The position numbers and the translations under genes were made by a program. From contig PLCF01000059.1 of assembly GCA_003135555.1 (NCBI GenBank), positions 1 to 16,489 on the forward strand: 16,489 nucleotides of DNA, in the 5' to 3' direction. How positions within the stretch are numbered: the stretch's first letter is position 1; the number at the start of each line of letters is the position of its first letter. This document shows, one piece after another, positions 8,047-15,449 of this stretch. The DNA comes from Vulcanimicrobiota bacterium. GTDB lineage: Bacteria > Vulcanimicrobiota > Vulcanimicrobiia > Vulcanimicrobiales > Vulcanimicrobiaceae. The notes below the pieces were generated by a model. The model made no database searches and was not told where the DNA came from. It was given only the letters and a program-made list of their open reading frames with translations.

Positions 8047-9538
8047 CCTGCTCTCCTCCGCGACCGTCCGCAGCACGGCCGTCGCGCTTGTTTGCGCGTT
8101 CGGCCTACATCTCGCCTTCCCGCTGACAACGTTGTGGTGGCTTGCTCCATTCTCGTTTGCGGGGCTGGCGTTCGTCTGGTACGCGCTGCCGCTGCGCACG
8201 GCCGTGCTCGTCGGTTACGCGAGCGGGCTGGTCTTCTTCACGCTCGGTTTCTGGTGGTTCGGCGAAACCGCGGGCAAGCTCATCGGCCCCGCCGCGCCGA
8301 TCATCGCGGTCGGGCCGGCGCTCGCCGAGGCGCTCGCCTTCGCGTTCGCAGCAGGCGCCGCATCCTTGGCTGCCCGGCATTGCGACCCGCGAACCGTGCC
8401 GTTCGTCGCGGCGGCCGCGTTCACGCTGGGTGAAGCGATCCGGTCGAGCACCGTGCTGGGCGTTCCCTTCGAGCAGCTCGGGACGACGATGATCGACTCA
8501 CCGCTGCGGGCGCTCGCGGCGTTCGCCGGCGGCTACGGCCTCACGTTCGCGACCGTGCTGGCGGGCGCGGCGCTGGGCTGGTGGCTGCTCTCCCCTCGGG
8601 ACTCACGGCGCAGCGTCACGTTCGGCGTCGTCTGGGCGGGCGTGATCCTGTGCACCGCGGGCGCATGGTATCTGTGGCCGGCCCGCAACTACGCGCCGCC
8701 GGCGCAGCGCGTCGCCGCGGTCCAAGGCGGGATTCCGCAGACCGTGAAACGCAGCGACGCCGGGCTGCGCCTGGCGATCGATCGCTATACGTCGATGACC
8801 CGCAGGTTGCGCGACGCGCATCCGACGCTGGTGCTGTGGCCCGAGACGGTGATCACCACGGACCTCTTGCGCTACCCCGGACTGCGTTCGGACTTCGCCC
8901 GGCTCGCGGCGAGCCTGCACACCACCTTGTACGCCGGCGCTTTTTGGGACGACGGAAAAGCACTGCAAAACGCGTTGCTGATCTTCGATCCGAACGTCAG
9001 CCGCACCGAGATAGCCGGGCTCTACATCAAAGAGCAGCTCGTCCCGTTCGCCGAGTACGTTCCGGGTCCGGCGTGGATGCGCTCGCTGCCGTACGCCGAT
9101 CAGATCGGCGGCTTTCGGCCGGGGCACAACGCGCGCGAGGTCTACCGCGGTGCGACGGTGCTGATCTGTTGGGAATCGGTGTTCGGCGACATCGCGCACG
9201 CGCGCTTGCAAGACGACGCGTCGTTGTTCCTCATCGCCACCGACGATGCATGGTTCGGCACCACCGAGGGTCCGTACGAGCACGCGCAGGCTGCGACGTT
9301 GCGCGCCGTCGAGACCGGCCGCTGGGTCCTGCGCGCCGCGGCGACCGGGATCAGCGGAATCATCGCGCCCGACGGGACGTGGACGCAGCGCACCGCGCTG
9401 GGCGGCGCCGCGACGGTCGTCGGCGACGTCGGGCCGCCGGCACCGGGACCCTACGCGCGGTTGGGGCCCGAACCGATCGTCATCGCCATGGCGCTCGTCG
9501 TCATCTTGCCGTTCGTCCGACGCCGGCGGCGCACGTGA
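8000..9538 (+). CDS. lnt: Apolipoprotein N-acyltransferase
   Basis: N-terminal TM helices (LAFP, GFWW) plus a nitrilase domain with the E-K-C triad: LWPET, YIKEQLVPFAEY, LICWES. Also DDAWFG and LRAVETGR.V.RAAATGISGII. Start uncertain (ATG 8000 or CTG 8048). Confidence 0.93.
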   Translation: MTNIAATPTAVRSRRTLLSSATVRSTAVALVCAFGLHLAFPLTTLWWLAPFSFAGLAFVWYALPLRTAVLVGYASGLVFFTLGFWWFGETAGKLIGPAAPIIAVGPALAEALAFAFAAGAASLAARHCDPRTVPFVAAAAFTLGEAIRSSTVLGVPFEQLGTTMIDSPLRALAAFAGGYGLTFATVLAGAALGWWLLSPRDSRRSVTFGVVWAGVILCTAGAWYLWPARNYAPPAQRVAAVQGGIPQTVKRSDAGLRLAIDRYTSMTRRLRDAHPTLVLWPETVITTDLLRYPGLRSDFARLAASLHTTLYAGAFWDDGKALQNALLIFDPNVSRTEIAGLYIKEQLVPFAEYVPGPAWMRSLPYADQIGGFRPGHNAREVYRGATVLICWESVFGDIAHARLQDDASLFLIATDDAWFGTTEGPYEHAQAATLRAVETGRWVLRAAATGISGIIAPDGTWTQRTALGGAATVVGDVGPPAPGPYARLGPEPIVIAMALVVILPFVRRRRRT

Positions 9539-10083
9539 CGTGGCGGGTCCCGGTCATCATCGCCGGGTTCGCGCTGCTGGCCTGGTTCGGATTCGAGATC
9601 GGCTGGGCGGGCAACGACATGTCGATCCCGCGCGTCGCCGGACCCGACACGCTCACGCACGGCAAGGTGCAGGGGAAGCGCATCGACGGCCGCGCCTGGT
9701 CGCTGGACTACGACACCGCTACGTTCAGCGCCGACGCCTCGCAGGCGACGATTCAGCACGTGCGTGACGGCCGCATCCATCGCGCCGGAAAATCCGACGT
9801 GCTCATGTCCGCCGACAACGTGACGGTGAACACGCTCACCCACGACTTTACCGTCAACGGTCCGGTCACGTTTCGCGAAAAGCAGAGTTCAGGCGAAACG
9901 CGCACGTTCACGACGATCGGTGCGCGCTACATCGGCGCGACCCGTCTGCTCAACCTCGATCACAGCGCGACGATCACGCAGGGCGACGCGAAATTCGTCG
10001 TCGACAAGGCGACCGTCGACTTTCGCACCGGCGATGTGACCCTCGGGAAGATCGAGGGCACCAAGCCCGGCACGAACACGTGA
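9535..10083 (+). CDS. LptC-like protein (single N-terminal TM helix plus beta-jellyroll), 182 aa
   Basis: GTG start overlaps the lnt stop (GTGA). VTWRVPVIIAGFALLAWFGFEIGW anchor, GRAWSLDYD, then alternating beta strands; lpt gene context. Confidence 0.65.
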   Translation: MTWRVPVIIAGFALLAWFGFEIGWAGNDMSIPRVAGPDTLTHGKVQGKRIDGRAWSLDYDTATFSADASQATIQHVRDGRIHRAGKSDVLMSADNVTVNTLTHDFTVNGPVTFREKQSSGETRTFTTIGARYIGATRLLNLDHSATITQGDAKFVVDKATVDFRTGDVTLGKIEGTKPGTNT

Positions 10084-10165
10084 ATCGCCGCAAACGCAAG
10101 ACCGCGCGATGTCGCTGAGCGTCACCGCGCGGTACGATGGCGTGAACGCCGAGCGGTGTGAACCG

Positions 10166-10495
10166 CTAGGACCCTTCGGCCTGCGCGTTCTTCTTCGCTT
10201 CGGCGATCAGCTTCTTGACTTTCTGTCCGCCCTTGTGGCCGATCTGCTCGTAAAACCCGGCGCCATATTTTTCTTTCACGACCTGGCCGCCTTTTTGGCC
10301 GATCGATTCGTAGAACTCGGCGCCGTGGCGTTCGCGCGTCGCCTGACCACCTTTGCGTCCGATCTCTTCGTAGAAACCGGAGCCGTAGCGATCGCGGACG
10401 GTGTCGCCGCCCTTTTTCCCGGCTTCGCGCACGGACATTTCGCCATCGACCTTTTCGGTGCGCGGCTTTACCGTGGCCCTCTTCGGATCGGCCAT
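10166..10495 (-). CDS. GsiB/Em-like (KGG-repeat) general stress protein
   Basis: MSVREAGKKGG followed by 20-aa repeats of the form ..YG.xFYExIGxKGG (four KGG motifs). Confidence 0.9.
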   Translation of the reverse strand: MADPKRATVKPRTEKVDGEMSVREAGKKGGDTVRDRYGSGFYEEIGRKGGQATRERHGAEFYESIGQKGGQVVKEKYGAGFYEQIGHKGGQKVKKLIAEAKKNAQAEGS

Positions 10496-10498
10496 GAA

Positions 10499-10726
10499 TC
10501 AGCCAACCGTTTTCGTCGCGCGTTTCAGCTTCTGGCCGCCTTTGGCGCCGATCTCTTCATAAAAAGACGGCCCATACTTGCTCTTCGTCGCCTCGCCGCC
10601 TTTGCGGCCGATGGCTTCATAGAACTCGCTTCCGTACTTCGCCTTCACACGATCGCCGCCGCGTTTCCCGGCTTCGCGTACGCTCATCCCGCCGCCCGTG
10701 GTCGTAACGTTTTCGTTGATCGCCAT
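10499..10726 (-). CDS. GsiB/Em-like (KGG-repeat) general stress protein, 75 aa
   Basis: ATG 10726 after an AGGGGG RBS-like site; MSVREAGKRGG...EFYEAIGRKGG...SFYEEIGAKGG. Confidence 0.88.
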   Translation of the reverse strand: MAINENVTTTGGGMSVREAGKRGGDRVKAKYGSEFYEAIGRKGGEATKSKYGPSFYEEIGAKGGQKLKRATKTVG

Positions 10727-10769
10727 GTTGGAAATAGCCCCCCTGAGCTGTCGGCCCACCGTCTGCCTC

Positions 10770-10794
10770 GTACCCAGCGAAAGCTAGGTTAAAC
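10770..10794 (-). promoter_or_regulatory. Sigma-B/SigF-type promoter GTTTAA-N13-GGGTAC
   Basis: Minus strand reads GTTTAA cctagctttcgct GGGTAC, 43 nt upstream of the first KGG gene ATG. It matches the Bacillus sigma-B consensus GTTTAA-N12-14-GGG(A/T)A(A/T) at all but the last base. Confidence 0.7.
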
Positions 10795-10795
10795 G

Positions 10796-12391
10796 CTGCT
10801 CTGGACGATCTTCGAGCGCCCCCGGGTCTACGACGGCCGCGGCGGAACGCCATACACCACCGACGTCGCCGTCGCGGACGGCAGAGTCGTTGCGATCGGG
10901 GACCTTTCCGAACGCGACGCGCACGAACGCGTCCTCTGCGAAGGGCTCGCGCTCGCACCCGGTTTCATCGACGTTCATTCCCATTCCGACGAGCTTTGGC
11001 TCGTCGATCCCCGCTGCGAAGGCAAGATTCGCCAAGGTGTGACGACGGAGATCGCCGGGAACTGCGGGATGTCGGTCGCGCCGCTCCTTGGGAGCGCGCT
11101 GGCCAAAGCGCAGCGCAACGCGGCTGACTACGCGCTCGACGTGCAGTGGACGACGTTCGATGCGTTCTTCACGCTGGTCGAACAACAGCGCGTCGCGCTC
11201 AACGTCGCGTCGCTCGTCGGGCTCGGGACGACACGCTCGTGCATCGCCGGCCCGGCAGCGCGGCGCCTCGAACGTGACGAGCTTGCGGCGCAAGACCGTT
11301 TGATTCGCGCAGCCGTCGAGGAAGGCGCGCTCGGCGTGTCGAGCGGTCTGATCTACGAGCCCGGACGCTACGCCGACCTCGCCGAGCTCGTCGCTTGCGC
11401 GCGCGCCGCCCGCGACGCCGGCGCGCCGCTGTACGCGTCGCACGTGCGCGACGAGGGCGACGAGCTCGAGGCCGCGATCGACGAGGCCCTTGCGGTCGGC
11501 CGCGGCGCGGAGGTCGCGGTGCAGTGCTCGCACCACAAGGCGGCCGGCAAGAAGAACTGGGGCAAGGTACACCGGACACTCGGCGCGCTCGACCGCGCGC
11601 GCTCGCAGGGGATGGCCGTCGGCTGCGACGCGTATCCCTACGTCGCGTCGTGGACCGAGCTCGCGACGGTGTTGCCGCGGGCGGTGCGTGACGGCGGCGA
11701 CGACGCTGCGCTGGCGCGCTTGCGCGACCCCGACGGAGCCGCCGCGGCGGCGCTGGCGATGGAGCTGGCGCGCGATCCCGCCTTCGGGGGCGACGGTTGG
11801 GACACGATCCTGATCACCGGGGTCTCGAGCGAGCGCAACGCGGACCTGGCCGGCCGACGGGTCGACGCGATCGCAGCGGACTGGAACACCACGCCGGCGC
11901 GCGCCGTGATCCGGCTGCTCGTCGAGGAAGCGATGCGGGTGGAGTCCGCGTTCTTCTCGATGACCGAAGACGACGTCGCGACCGTGCTCAGCGCGCCGTT
12001 CTGCAGCGTCGGCAGCGACGCGTCGGCGCGCGCCTTCGCGGGGATCACCGCCCGCGGCGTGCCGCATCCCCGGACCTACGGGACGTTCCCGCGCATCTTC
12101 GGGCGCTACGTCCGCCAGCGGCGTGTCTTCGATACCGCCGAGGCCGTGCGCCGGATGACCTCGTTGCCGGCGGCGCACTTCGGCCTGCGCGGCCGCGGGA
12201 CGATCGCGCTCGGGATGCACGCCGACCTGGTGGTGTTCGACGACGGTCGCATCGTCGACCGCGCGACCTACGACCATCCGTTCGAAGCCCCGGCGGGGAT
12301 CCGGGACGTGTACGTCAACGGCAGCGCCGTGCTGCGCGAGGGCCGGCTGACCGGGACGCACCCCGGCCGCGTGCTGCGCAACGGCGGGTGA
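10796..12391 (+). CDS. N-acyl-D-amino-acid deacylase (amidohydrolase superfamily), about 531 aa
   Basis: The frame continues upstream of the track ORF: RVYDGRGG..DVAVADGRVVAIG...LAPGFIDVHSHSD...QGVTTEIAGNCG. Also SHVRDEG, SHHK, DAYPY, GSDA, PHPRTYGTFPR and ADLVVFD. Start inferred at CTG 10796. Confidence 0.9.
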   Translation: MLWTIFERPRVYDGRGGTPYTTDVAVADGRVVAIGDLSERDAHERVLCEGLALAPGFIDVHSHSDELWLVDPRCEGKIRQGVTTEIAGNCGMSVAPLLGSALAKAQRNAADYALDVQWTTFDAFFTLVEQQRVALNVASLVGLGTTRSCIAGPAARRLERDELAAQDRLIRAAVEEGALGVSSGLIYEPGRYADLAELVACARAARDAGAPLYASHVRDEGDELEAAIDEALAVGRGAEVAVQCSHHKAAGKKNWGKVHRTLGALDRARSQGMAVGCDAYPYVASWTELATVLPRAVRDGGDDAALARLRDPDGAAAAALAMELARDPAFGGDGWDTILITGVSSERNADLAGRRVDAIAADWNTTPARAVIRLLVEEAMRVESAFFSMTEDDVATVLSAPFCSVGSDASARAFAGITARGVPHPRTYGTFPRIFGRYVRQRRVFDTAEAVRRMTSLPAAHFGLRGRGTIALGMHADLVVFDDGRIVDRATYDHPFEAPAGIRDVYVNGSAVLREGRLTGTHPGRVLRNGG

Positions 12392-12463
12392 AGGCGGACT
12401 TCCGCGCGTCGCGCCCAACACCGTCACCCTCGTGCAACCACCCCACCCGCCCGAGGTCGAGCG

Positions 12464-13153
12464 GTGACGCGCACTGAGCTCCTCGCTGGGCTCGTCGCGC
12501 TCGCGTCCCCGCGACCGTCGCCGTCCCCGCGCGGGGTGTGGGCCGATGTCACGCTGGAGCGCCAGGGAACGGCGCTGCTCGCGCCCTTCACCGTCGCGAT
12601 CGCGCTGCACAATGCCACCAATCACATCGTGCGGCTGCGGTTCCCGACCGCCGACCTGTTCCGCGTCGACGTGCTGCGCGACGACGCGCCGGTGTGGTCC
12701 TCGGTGACCGGACACAAACCGATCCCGATCACCCGCCAGCTCGACGTGCCGCCGGGGCTGCTGCGCCTGGCCCAGGTCATCGTCGACTCGACGACCGACG
12801 ATCGGCGCGCCTTGGCGCCCGGACGCTACACCGTGCGCGTGGCGATGCTCGGCACGAACTTCGGGGTCGTCGTCGACAAGGCCGTCGCGTTCGATCCGCC
12901 GGCCACGATCGCGCAGGCGTTCGCGACCAAACCCGGGACCGTCATGACGATCGCCGGCGAACCGTACATCGACGGCGCGACGCCGCGCCTGCGCGATGCG
13001 ACCGGAACGATCCGGCTCTCGCGGGCGCTCGCAATTCGTCCCAGCGGAACCTTCGTGGTGCGCGGCTTCCTCGACGCGGTCGGCGACGAGCGGGTCTTTG
13101 ACGTCGGCCGCAGCGCGCCGGCGTTCGAGAACGGACCCTCACCGGCGCCCTAG
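12464..13153 (+). CDS. Hypothetical exported protein with a BsuPI-like Ig-fold domain
   Basis: Signal-like MTRTELLAGLVALA. IALHNATNHIVRLRFPTADLFRVDVLRDDAPVWSS...LAPGRYTVRV resembles the BsuPI pattern (recognised by eye). Confidence 0.6.
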   Translation: MTRTELLAGLVALASPRPSPSPRGVWADVTLERQGTALLAPFTVAIALHNATNHIVRLRFPTADLFRVDVLRDDAPVWSSVTGHKPIPITRQLDVPPGLLRLAQVIVDSTTDDRRALAPGRYTVRVAMLGTNFGVVVDKAVAFDPPATIAQAFATKPGTVMTIAGEPYIDGATPRLRDATGTIRLSRALAIRPSGTFVVRGFLDAVGDERVFDVGRSAPAFENGPSPAP

Positions 13154-14163
13154 GACCAGCGCAAGATCATCCCATTCTCGACCAGGCCGCCGCCGAAGCC
13201 GTACAGCAGGACGACGTCGCCCGGCCGCACGCGGCCATCGTGGACCGCCGGCGCGAGCGCGAGCGGGATCGACGCCGACGAGGTGTTGCCGCACCACTCA
13301 AGGCTGGTGAGCGCGCGCTCGACCGGAATCCCCGTGCGCTTGCAGATCGACTCGATCATCCGGGCGTTGGCGCTGTGCGGGACGAACCAGTCGACCTCGT
13401 CGGCGCGGATCCCGGCACTGTCGAGCAGCGCGGCGATCCCGGAGCTGACGTTGAGCAGCGCCCACTCGTAGACCGCGCGTCCGTTCTGGCGCAGCAGCCG
13501 GTCGGGATCGACGATCCCGGCGATCTCGCTGCGCAGACCGGTTTGGAACAAGTCCTTCCCGGCGGCGCCGTCACTGGTGGCGCGGCGGGCCAAGAGCGTC
13601 GCCGGCGCACCTTCGGGCGCGTTGACGAGCGCGACCCCGGCGCCGTCGCCGAAGAGGATGCACGTGCCGCGGTCCTGGTAGTCGACGATCTTCGAGAGCG
13701 TCTCGCCGGCGGCGACGAGCACGCTGCGCGCGCGGCCCGTGTTGAGCAGCGCGTCGGCCAGGTCGAGGCCGTACATGAAGCCGGCGCAGGCCGCGGTGAG
13801 GTCGATCGCGCCGACGTTGAGCAGTCCGAGCCGGTGTTGCAGGTGCGCCGCGACGCTGGGGAAGCCGTAGTCGGGCGTCACCGTGCAGGCGATGACGTAG
13901 TCGACCTCGTCGAGGCGCCCGCCGCGCGCCTCCATGTCGCGGACCGCGGCCATGCACAGGTCGCTGGTGTACTCGTCGGCCTGGGCGATCCGGCGCTCGC
14001 GGATCCCGGTCCGCTTGACGATCCACGCATCGTCGGTGTCGACCAGGCGCGAGAGGTCGTCGTTGGTCAAGCGCTTCTCGGGGACGTAGGTCCCCAGCGC
14101 GGCGATCTTGAGCGACGATCGGACGGTCCGGCCGGGACGAGGAGGGGCGGAAAGCTGCGCCAC
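13150..14163 (-). CDS. fabH: 3-oxoacyl-ACP synthase III
   Basis: WIVKRTGIRERR, AACAGF (Cys), ILFGDGAG, VPHSANARM (His), GNTSSAS (Asn) and GFGGG. Confidence 0.95.
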   Translation of the reverse strand: MAQLSAPPRPGRTVRSSLKIAALGTYVPEKRLTNDDLSRLVDTDDAWIVKRTGIRERRIAQADEYTSDLCMAAVRDMEARGGRLDEVDYVIACTVTPDYGFPSVAAHLQHRLGLLNVGAIDLTAACAGFMYGLDLADALLNTGRARSVLVAAGETLSKIVDYQDRGTCILFGDGAGVALVNAPEGAPATLLARRATSDGAAGKDLFQTGLRSEIAGIVDPDRLLRQNGRAVYEWALLNVSSGIAALLDSAGIRADEVDWFVPHSANARMIESICKRTGIPVERALTSLEWCGNTSSASIPLALAPAVHDGRVRPGDVVLLYGFGGGLVENGMILRWS

Positions 14164-14171
14164 CCGGGGGG

Positions 14172-14195
14172 TTTCGGCGTCGCCCCAAGGGACCT
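14172..14195 (-). promoter_or_regulatory. Putative sigma-H-like promoter (AGG-N15-CCGAAA) 8 nt before the fabH GTG
   Basis: Same motif and spacing as 2462-2485. No SD is present, which fits a leaderless or very short leader. Confidence 0.35.
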
Positions 14196-14200
14196 TTGCG

Positions 14201-14815
14201 CTACGCCGGGCGCTCGTTGGCCGCGAGGTCGCGCACCAGCCGGTCGTAGACCAGGCCGGTGCGCTCGCGGAGCTGCTCGAGGTCGCCGTCGTTCTCGATC
14301 ACGTAGTCGGCACGGCGGCGAGCGATCGCCGGATCGATCTGGGCCGCGATACGGCGCTCGACCGCAGCGCGCTCGGTGGAGTCGCGCCCGATCACCCGCG
14401 CGATCCGCACCTCGGCGGGGGCGATCACCAGGACAGTCCGGTCGCACGTGCGCCAGAACTCGCCTTCGAAGAGCAACGGGATGACGTGCACGATGATGCC
14501 GTCGGGCGCGTCGCGCTCCATCTCGGCGCCGCGCTCGCGCACGCGCGGGTGGACGATCGCGTTGAGCCGCTCGCGCGCCGTCGCGTCGTCGAACACGATC
14601 GCGGCCAGCGCCGCCCGGTCCAGGGCGCCGTCGGCCCGGATCGCCTGCGGCCAATTCGCGCCGATCTCGGCCAAGCCGTCCGACCCGGGCGCCACGACCA
14701 CCCGCGCAAGCACGTCGGCATCGACGATGGTCGCGCCGCGCTTGGCCAGCTCCGCGGCGACGGCACTCTTCCCCGATCCGATCCCGCCGGTGAGGCCGAC
14801 ACGCAACTTCGCCAT
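14201..14815 (-). CDS. coaE: Dephospho-CoA kinase
   Basis: MAKLRVGLTGGIGSGKS P-loop, IVDAD, GALDRAALAAIVF, LNAIVHPRV, IPLLFE and ADYVIENDG. ATG 14815 (alternative GTG 14824). Confidence 0.95.
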   Translation of the reverse strand: MAKLRVGLTGGIGSGKSAVAAELAKRGATIVDADVLARVVVAPGSDGLAEIGANWPQAIRADGALDRAALAAIVFDDATARERLNAIVHPRVRERGAEMERDAPDGIIVHVIPLLFEGEFWRTCDRTVLVIAPAEVRIARVIGRDSTERAAVERRIAAQIDPAIARRRADYVIENDGDLEQLRERTGLVYDRLVRDLAANERPA

Positions 14816-14869
14816 CGCGCTCACCTTGGCGACGAGTAGCAACCCAGCCCTGCGTCGTATAGGGTCGGC

Positions 14870-15346
14870 ATGAGTGCCACGCCCGCCGTCACATCCGGCG
14901 CCGCTTTGGATGTTACCGACCATCCGCTGGTCCACGACGTCAATGCCGAGCACGCCGACAGCCTTTCGCCCGTCGAGAAGTTCTGCAAGCAGGTCGCCGA
15001 CTCGACCGGCGCGCCGCTCGCGCTGTTCTTGGCGATCGCGGTGCAAGCGATCTGGATCCCGGTCGGAATCATCACGAAGTGGGACGTGTTTCCGTTCGCG
15101 TTCTTGCTGACGTGCTCGAACGTGTTACAGCTGATCCTGATCTTCATCCTGGCGGTCGGTCAGCGCCAGTCCAGCGCGCACGCCGAGCTGCGCGCCGAGC
15201 ACGACCACGACTCGATCTCGCGGCTGATCTACCACCAGGAGCTGCAAGAGCAGATCCTCATCCAGATCGCGACCAAGATCGAAGCCGACGTCGAGAGCCT
15301 CAAGTCGATGGTCGCGAAGCTCGCCAGCCAGGATTCGGACCCGTAA
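14870..15346 (+). CDS. DUF1003-like membrane protein
   Basis: Two hydrophobic helices with WDVFPFAFLL...ILAVGQRQ...RAEHD, similar to the DUF1003 FDPYPF...SQNRQ...AE.D pattern, followed by a coiled tail. Confidence 0.7.
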   Translation: MSATPAVTSGAALDVTDHPLVHDVNAEHADSLSPVEKFCKQVADSTGAPLALFLAIAVQAIWIPVGIITKWDVFPFAFLLTCSNVLQLILIFILAVGQRQSSAHAELRAEHDHDSISRLIYHQELQEQILIQIATKIEADVESLKSMVAKLASQDSDP

Positions 15347-15380
15347 AGAACGCGAGGGAGGCGTTTCCGCCTCCCTCGTG
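15345..15380 (-). terminator. Intrinsic terminator for the S1 gene (possibly bidirectional)
   Basis: Perfect 11-bp stem (15353-15363 / 15368-15378), GAAA loop on the minus strand, followed by TTCTTT; lies between convergent genes. Confidence 0.8.
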
Positions 15381-15424
15381 CATCATGATCGCTTCTCGTC
15401 CAGGCCGGAGCAAAGCCGGAGCCC

Positions 15425-15448
15425 TGTCATCCTGAGCCAGTCGAAGGA

Positions 15449-15449
<1 letters not shown>
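15425..15449 (+). repeat. Short REP-like palindrome TGTCATCCTGAGCCAGTCGAAGGAT
   Basis: ATCCT/AGGAT inverted ends, and the same TGTCAYCCTGA...GTCGAAGG ends as the element at 2400-2446. Abuts the S1 stop codon. Confidence 0.55.

Noticed and set aside
8581..9534. N-terminal 318 codons of the 500-aa ORF 8581-10083
   Set aside because: Out-of-frame overlap with lnt; the protein-like part begins at GTG 9535.
10499..10501. TGA between the KGG genes as a selenocysteine codon
   Set aside because: No Cys-equivalent context in this family and no evident SECIS-like hairpin; gene 2 has its own ATG and leader.
10200..10690. 60-nt periodic repeats as a possible CRISPR or DNA repeat array
   Set aside because: They are degenerate at synonymous positions and encode 20-aa KGG repeats; there are no identical repeats with unique spacers and no cas genes.
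10109..10792. 227-aa hydrophobic-looking plus-strand ORF
   Set aside because: Antisense mirror of the Lys/Glu-rich KGG repeats; its periodicity and Phe/Leu content are explained by the minus-strand genes.
10784..12715. 643-aa minus-strand ORF
   Set aside because: Antisense shadow of the deacylase with no family motifs.
14816..15046. 77-aa N-terminal extension of CoaE in the ORF track
   Set aside because: It overlaps the divergent DUF1003-like gene, and CoaE proteins start just before the GLTGGIGSGKS loop.
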